Source: a virus (lineage: Duplodnaviria; Caudoviricetes). Taken from it: a stretch of DNA of 29,229 bases. The stretch lies in the IMG/VR virus record IMGVR_UViG_3300025759_000484, positions 1-29,229 of that record. One strand, written 5' to 3'. Within the stretch, counting starts at the first letter, position 1. Every line of letters starts with the position of its first letter. Position numbers and translations under genes: made by a program. Below are positions 24,297-29,229 of the stretch, one piece after another. The notes under the pieces are model-generated. The model did no database searches. It had not been told where the DNA came from and worked only from the letters and a program-made list of their open reading frames with translations.

Positions 24297-24347
24297 AACT
24301 GAAACTTCTTGACCATTTTGACAAATGGATCTGAATAGGATAGAGCA

Positions 24348-27300
24348 ATGAGCCTTACAGACACAGACAGACACGCAAGTTACATCGCCAACGGGTCAAC
24401 GACCGAGTTCTCGTTCCCGCATAAATTCTTGGCGAACGCACACCTACAGGTCTACGACGCGGGCACGTTGCAAACCATCACCACCGATTACACCGTAACA
24501 GGGGCCGGGGAGGAAAGCGGCGGGACTGTGACGTTCACGACTGCGCCGACTGATGGCAACACGGTTCTGATTCTAAGGGTCACACCCAACACTCAGCCCA
24601 CTGACTGGGTTGCCAATGCGCGGTTCAATGCGCAGGACATCGAGGACGACCTGGACCGCAGGGCCATGGTCGTTATTGACAACTACCCGACGATTCAGTC
24701 CAACGCAGGAACGCCCGAATCGGTAGTGACAGGCTTTGCGGATCGCGGCGACTTTTGCTACGACTCAACCAACAGCATTCTCTATCATAAGTCTTCGGGC
24801 AACGGGACTGATACGGGCTGGGAGAAGGTGACGGATGTTTCGGACCTCGACCTGTCAGACATTAACGATGTCACCCTCACGTCCATCGCCTCCGGTGAGA
24901 TCCTTGTCTGGGATGGAAGCGGCTGGGTGAACAACACGCTGGCCGAGGCAGGGATTGCCCCGGCTTCGCACACACACGCCGCCACAGATATTACATCAGG
25001 GACACTCCCGCCTGCGCGACTTGGGGCAGATTCAATTGACGCCATCACTGAGATTGCCAGCAGCCTAAAGTCGGGCAGCGATGGAACTCTGATTACGGGC
25101 ACCGCTGGAACCAGCGGGGACTTGTCTCAGTGGGACGCCAACGGTGACCTTGTGGATGGTCCGACTCCACCAAGTGGAACTATCGTAGGAACGACGGACA
25201 CGCAGACGTTGACCAACAAGACGATTGACGACTTCACCAACACGGTTCATGCAGACTTTGTTCACATTCAGGTGCGCAACGAGTCAGGGTCTGCGCTGAG
25301 TGCTGGCGATGTCGTTTACACCTCGGGGTGGTCGGTCGGGCAGTCAAAGACTTTAGTCTCCCTCGCTGACGCATCGTCTGCATCCACAATGCCCGCATTG
25401 GGCATTATGAATGAAGCGTTGTCGAATAACGCTACAGGAGAGGTGATCGTCAAGGGACTCGTTGAGAACATTGACACATCCTCTTGGTCAGAGGGCGACA
25501 TCCTTTATGTGAGTGAGACTGCTGGAGCCCTAACATCGACAAAGCCTACAGGCTCTGCGCAAGTGGAGGCGGTGGCGACGGTTCTGCGCTCTCACGCATC
25601 TTTGGGAATTATTTCGGTGAACACTCGCGCCGTTCCGTATGTGACCGGCTTCGCGGCGACACTGCTTGACGACGGGACTGCCTCGGCGGCGCGAAGCACG
25701 CTTGGCGCCGCCAGTAGTTCTCATACCCATGATGCGAGCGAGATCGTTTCCGGCACAATGGCTGACGCCCGCATTGCGGAGTCAAACGTCACTCAGCATG
25801 AGGCTGCGTTGTCGATTGCTGCCGACCAGGTTGATTTTGCTGGCGCGGGGGCGATCCCAACCACGGCAGATTCGGATCTCGTTTTGATTGAGGACGTCAC
25901 TGACAACACCGTCAAGAAAGCGTCCCTCCTCCAGTTGATGGCGCACACTCACAGTCATGCTGCGAGCGAGGTGGTGTCAGGGACATTCGCTGACGCCCGC
26001 ATTTCGGAGTCCAGCGTCACTCAACACGAGGCGGCGTTGTCGGTTGCCTACTCACAGTTGACGTCCCTTGCGATTGATTCCGGCGACATTGTTGCGGACA
26101 TCGTCACCGGACTGACCGAGGAGGCATCCCCGGCCGCTGGCGACTTCTTGCTGGGCGTGGAGTCCGGGGGTGCGTTGCGAAAATTCGACATCGACAATCT
26201 CCCTAGCGGTGGTGGAGGCGGTGGAGATTTCATGGCTGATGGTTCCGTTCCCATGACGGGGGATTTGGACTTGGGCGGCAACGCTGTATTGGATGCTGAT
26301 ACTTTGACGACGGCCTACCGACTCGCCCCTTCGACCCCGGCAGCCGGATACGGGGTCTGGTATGCCGATGCTTTGGGCAAGCCATCCTTCAAGAATGCGT
26401 CAGGCACAATCTATGATTTGACTGACTTGGACGGAGCAGTCTCCGATCTGTCCGATGTAACGATTACCTCGATTGCGTCCGGGGAGCTGCTCAAGTGGAA
26501 TGGTTCGGCCTGGATCAACAACACATTGGCCGAGGCTGGGATTGCTGCGGCTTCCCACACCCATACGGAATCCGACATCACGGATCTGGGCGCTTACATC
26601 ACAGCGTCATCTAATGACACGCTGACGAACAAGACCATCGACGCCAGCCAGTTGGTAGTGACCAACAACTTCGACTACGGCGAATACAACGTTTACGCCA
26701 ACCTGTTTGGCTCGACGTTGGACAACACCACCTACGCTGACCTAAGCAGCAGCGAGTGGGAGTTTTACGTCGGAGGGTTGGCAGCCCTGCATCTGGACAG
26801 TGCGCAGGACGCTACTTTCTATGGCAACATCGCTGGCCCGACGACGCAGGTCTCGTCGCACCACATCCTCGACCACACGACGACGCCGTCCGCTCCCATT
26901 GGGGGCACTTCGCACCTCTACGCCAAGTCAGACGGCGAGTTGTATTTCTACGCCAACGGCGGAAGCGAAGTTCAGGTCACCACAGGTGGAGCGGTCCGCT
27001 ACGCCGCTGGCGACCTTATTTTGGGCACCACAACGCAAGTCTCGGGCGACATCAACCAATTGCACAATGTTGTGCCCTCTGCTGCGACGGTTATTACCAT
27101 GCCGTCTGGCGGGTCTAACGGTGACCAGATCGCGTTCAACATCACCAACAACTCCAACCACTATGCTGTGACGCTGGAACTGTCCGGCGGCACGGATATG
27201 TGGGTCTTTAATGGTTCCGGCTTCGCTGAGTTCGTCTGGATTGGTAGTGACTGGTCGCTGCTGAACGCTTCGGAGAACTTCAACGGGGCGAAGGGCGACA

Positions 27301-28325
27301 TCACAGTAGGCAAGGGCAGCGGCCAGTCGGTGAACCTACCAGTGGGAACCAACGGGTATGTGCTTACCGCCGACAGCACGCAGACCTCCGGCGTCAAGTG
27401 GGCGGCGGCGGGGGGGCAGAGCAACGAATTTTCCGACAACGTTTTCCGCATTCAGGACGAAGGCGACACGACCAAAGAACTTGCGTTTCAATGCTCAGGA
27501 ATCGGCACAGGCACCACTGTAACACTGACACCACCGACATCCGACGGCACGCTTGCCACATTGGACGGCACGGAAACGTTTACTAACAAGAGTATTTCCG
27601 CAGACCAGATTAATAGCGGGACGCTGCCAGCGGACCGCCTCGGAGCGGATTCAATTGATACCATTACTGAGATTACTGCGGGCCTGAAGTCTGGAATTGA
27701 TGGAACCTTGGTGACAGGCACAGCGGGAACGAACGGTAACCTGGTGCAATGGGACGCAAACGGTGATGCTGTGGATGCATCGATTGTGGCGGCGGATGTT
27801 AAAACGACGCGAACAGGAGTTTATCGAACTATCTGGATTGGCGCGGGCGCGATGGTTCCGCGCACCACCAATGGCGCCGCGACCGGAACGGCGGAATTGG
27901 CGACGAACGATGTCATGTTAGACACGATGGACTTTGACACCGCTACCGAGGAGGGGGTTGGGTTCTGGGTCAACTTCGGTGATCAATGGAATGCCGGGAC
28001 GGTGAAGGTGAAATTCTATTGGACTGCTGCCAGCGGGAGTGGGACGGCAAAGTGGGATATTGCAGGTCAATCCTACGCTGACAACGATGCCATCGACCAA
28101 GCCCTTGGCACGGAGCAGGGCGTGACTGACACGCTCTTAACCGCAAACGATATGCACATCACCTCCGCCACATCAGCGTTGACCATTGCCGATGCGACTG
28201 CTGGCGAGCCGGTTTACTTACAGATAACGCGGGATGTTGCGACCGACACGCTTGGAGTGGATGCCCAGTTGATTGGTTGCATGATCCAGTATCAGGAAAG
28301 CAGCACAGAACAATCCGCTTGGTAA
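24348..28325 (+). CDS. Tail fibre protein with T7 gp17-type N-terminal anchor and modular repeats
   Basis: Y.ANGSTTEFSFP.KF...TDYTVTG....GGTVTF..AP...ILR.TP.TQ...EDDLDR anchor; HTH/HSH (His-x-His) motifs, TLTNKTID repeats, three duplicated modules. Confidence 0.9.
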   Translation: MSLTDTDRHASYIANGSTTEFSFPHKFLANAHLQVYDAGTLQTITTDYTVTGAGEESGGTVTFTTAPTDGNTVLILRVTPNTQPTDWVANARFNAQDIEDDLDRRAMVVIDNYPTIQSNAGTPESVVTGFADRGDFCYDSTNSILYHKSSGNGTDTGWEKVTDVSDLDLSDINDVTLTSIASGEILVWDGSGWVNNTLAEAGIAPASHTHAATDITSGTLPPARLGADSIDAITEIASSLKSGSDGTLITGTAGTSGDLSQWDANGDLVDGPTPPSGTIVGTTDTQTLTNKTIDDFTNTVHADFVHIQVRNESGSALSAGDVVYTSGWSVGQSKTLVSLADASSASTMPALGIMNEALSNNATGEVIVKGLVENIDTSSWSEGDILYVSETAGALTSTKPTGSAQVEAVATVLRSHASLGIISVNTRAVPYVTGFAATLLDDGTASAARSTLGAASSSHTHDASEIVSGTMADARIAESNVTQHEAALSIAADQVDFAGAGAIPTTADSDLVLIEDVTDNTVKKASLLQLMAHTHSHAASEVVSGTFADARISESSVTQHEAALSVAYSQLTSLAIDSGDIVADIVTGLTEEASPAAGDFLLGVESGGALRKFDIDNLPSGGGGGGDFMADGSVPMTGDLDLGGNAVLDADTLTTAYRLAPSTPAAGYGVWYADALGKPSFKNASGTIYDLTDLDGAVSDLSDVTITSIASGELLKWNGSAWINNTLAEAGIAAASHTHTESDITDLGAYITASSNDTLTNKTIDASQLVVTNNFDYGEYNVYANLFGSTLDNTTYADLSSSEWEFYVGGLAALHLDSAQDATFYGNIAGPTTQVSSHHILDHTTTPSAPIGGTSHLYAKSDGELYFYANGGSEVQVTTGGAVRYAAGDLILGTTTQVSGDINQLHNVVPSAATVITMPSGGSNGDQIAFNITNNSNHYAVTLELSGGTDMWVFNGSGFAEFVWIGSDWSLLNASENFNGAKGDITVGKGSGQSVNLPVGTNGYVLTADSTQTSGVKWAAAGGQSNEFSDNVFRIQDEGDTTKELAFQCSGIGTGTTVTLTPPTSDGTLATLDGTETFTNKSISADQINSGTLPADRLGADSIDTITEITAGLKSGIDGTLVTGTAGTNGNLVQWDANGDAVDASIVAADVKTTRTGVYRTIWIGAGAMVPRTTNGAATGTAELATNDVMLDTMDFDTATEEGVGFWVNFGDQWNAGTVKVKFYWTAASGSGTAKWDIAGQSYADNDAIDQALGTEQGVTDTLLTANDMHITSATSALTIADATAGEPVYLQITRDVATDTLGVDAQLIGCMIQYQESSTEQSAW

Positions 28326-28326
28326 G

Positions 28327-29067
28327 ATGCAAATATATTTACCACATCGCAGGGCGCAGTTCAGAGGAGTCTCTACGACCGACTTGGTTTCTTTCTGGAA
28401 GCTGGATGAAGCGAGCGGCACACGATACGACGCCTTCGGGTCGAACGATCTGACGGACAACAATACCGTGGCGCAGGGAACCGGAACGGTCTATGCGAAT
28501 GCGGCAGATTTTGAGCATTCAAACAATGAATATTTAAGTTCCGCTCACAACTCATCTTTGTCTCCGACTGGTGATATGACAGTTTGCTGCTGGGTCAAGT
28601 TTGAGTCTTTTGGAACATATGATCTCGCAATGCTAGTCACAAAGGATGATTACACAGGTTATCCGACATCGTCTCCAAACAGGGAATATAATTTGCTAGT
28701 CGTATACTCAAAGGCGCAGTTTGCGCGGACCTATGGGGCTGGGTCAACAGATCAGGTTACAGCTGAAAATTCATCCACTTTAACGACTGGGGTTTGGTAT
28801 TTCATTTGTGGTTATCATGACACAACGGCACAGGAAATCGGCATCAGTATTGACGGCGGCACGGCGGCAACTGTATCATTTACAAATACACCTCAGACGG
28901 GTTCCGGTGATTTTGGGATTGGTGAACGATTTGTGTCAGGTGGCCCTGAGAACCTACATTCATTGGATGGTGTTCTTGGACCAGCGATGCTTTTTAATCG
29001 TCGCCTTTCCGACGCCGAGATCACCGCACTAGCTGATTCCTCCAACCCGTTTTACGATCAATTCTAG
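28327..29067 (+). CDS. LamG / concanavalin A-like lectin-domain virion protein
   Basis: LVSFWKLDE.SG, MTVCCWVK, WYFICG, ISIDG, LFNRRLSDAEI motifs. Confidence 0.85.
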   Translation: MQIYLPHRRAQFRGVSTTDLVSFWKLDEASGTRYDAFGSNDLTDNNTVAQGTGTVYANAADFEHSNNEYLSSAHNSSLSPTGDMTVCCWVKFESFGTYDLAMLVTKDDYTGYPTSSPNREYNLLVVYSKAQFARTYGAGSTDQVTAENSSTLTTGVWYFICGYHDTTAQEIGISIDGGTAATVSFTNTPQTGSGDFGIGERFVSGGPENLHSLDGVLGPAMLFNRRLSDAEITALADSSNPFYDQF

Positions 29068-29071
29068 CACT

Positions 29072-29229
29072 ATGACAAAAGAAGAAGCACGGGCGGCAGC
29101 TTTTACAGCAATCAACGCATACGCAGACGCGATCTTTGCCGCGCAGTCTGCGCGATTGACGGCGAAAGGGACTTACCTGCAACGAAAGGCAACGCACACG
29201 ACGCCGCCAACAAACGGGAACACCAGCGC
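29072..29229 (+). CDS. Partial hypothetical protein (runs off the window)
   Basis: ATG 4 nt after the LamG stop; MTKEEARAAAFTAINAYADAIFAAQSARLTAKGTYLQRKATHTTPPTNGNTS... open to the edge. Confidence 0.6.
   Translation, partial: MTKEEARAAAFTAINAYADAIFAAQSARLTAKGTYLQRKATHTTPPTNGNTS

Noticed and set aside
24309-24347. Promoter before the tail fibre (TTGACC/TTGACA and TAGGAT)
   Set aside because: Spacings to TAGGAT are 21 and 12 nt, and AGGA is better explained as the SD; not supportable.
24852-27776. Diversity-generating retroelement TR/VR pair
   Set aside because: Repeat copies differ at all base types, mainly synonymous positions, rather than adenine-specifically; both copies are coding and no RT is present.
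1-29229. CRISPR array, stop-codon recoding, phage-RNAP promoters, IS elements
   Set aside because: No regularly spaced repeats; TAA, TAG and TGA all terminate well-coupled genes; no repeated 20-23-bp T7-type promoter or transposase seen.

Overview
A 29-kb piece of a tailed dsDNA phage genome, a podovirus with a T7/BPP-1-type virion module. It appears to use host sigma70-like promoters, and no RNA polymerase, integrase, lysis or replication enzyme is visible in the window. Left arm (1-4480, minus strand): a short C5 DNA methyltransferase, a winged-HTH gene, a Cys-rich GP88/radical-SAM-like protein and a run of small early genes with a shared start-associated leader motif. An ~850-bp non-coding, highly structured block with dispersed repeats (955-1810) interrupts this arm. 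A divergent intergenic region (4520-5300) precedes the right arm (plus strand): TerS with a Zn-finger extension, TerL, portal, Bbp19-like, scaffold, major capsid, cement, adaptor, nozzle with two FCCH inserts, GNAT/gp13-like, four ejection proteins, a 1325-aa modular tail fibre and a LamG protein. The best candidates for undescribed biology are non-coding. (i) The capsid-gene 5' leader has a twice-repeated GG-RYAR-C/G-Y-CC internal loop and an alternative 12-bp helix that would occlude the translation start, which suggests a translational switch. (ii) The block at 1188-1808 is bounded by a candidate promoter and a terminator and can fold into a multi-branched structure, so it may be a large ncRNA or a single-strand origin. 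All family assignments come from motif recognition by eye; no database searches were run.
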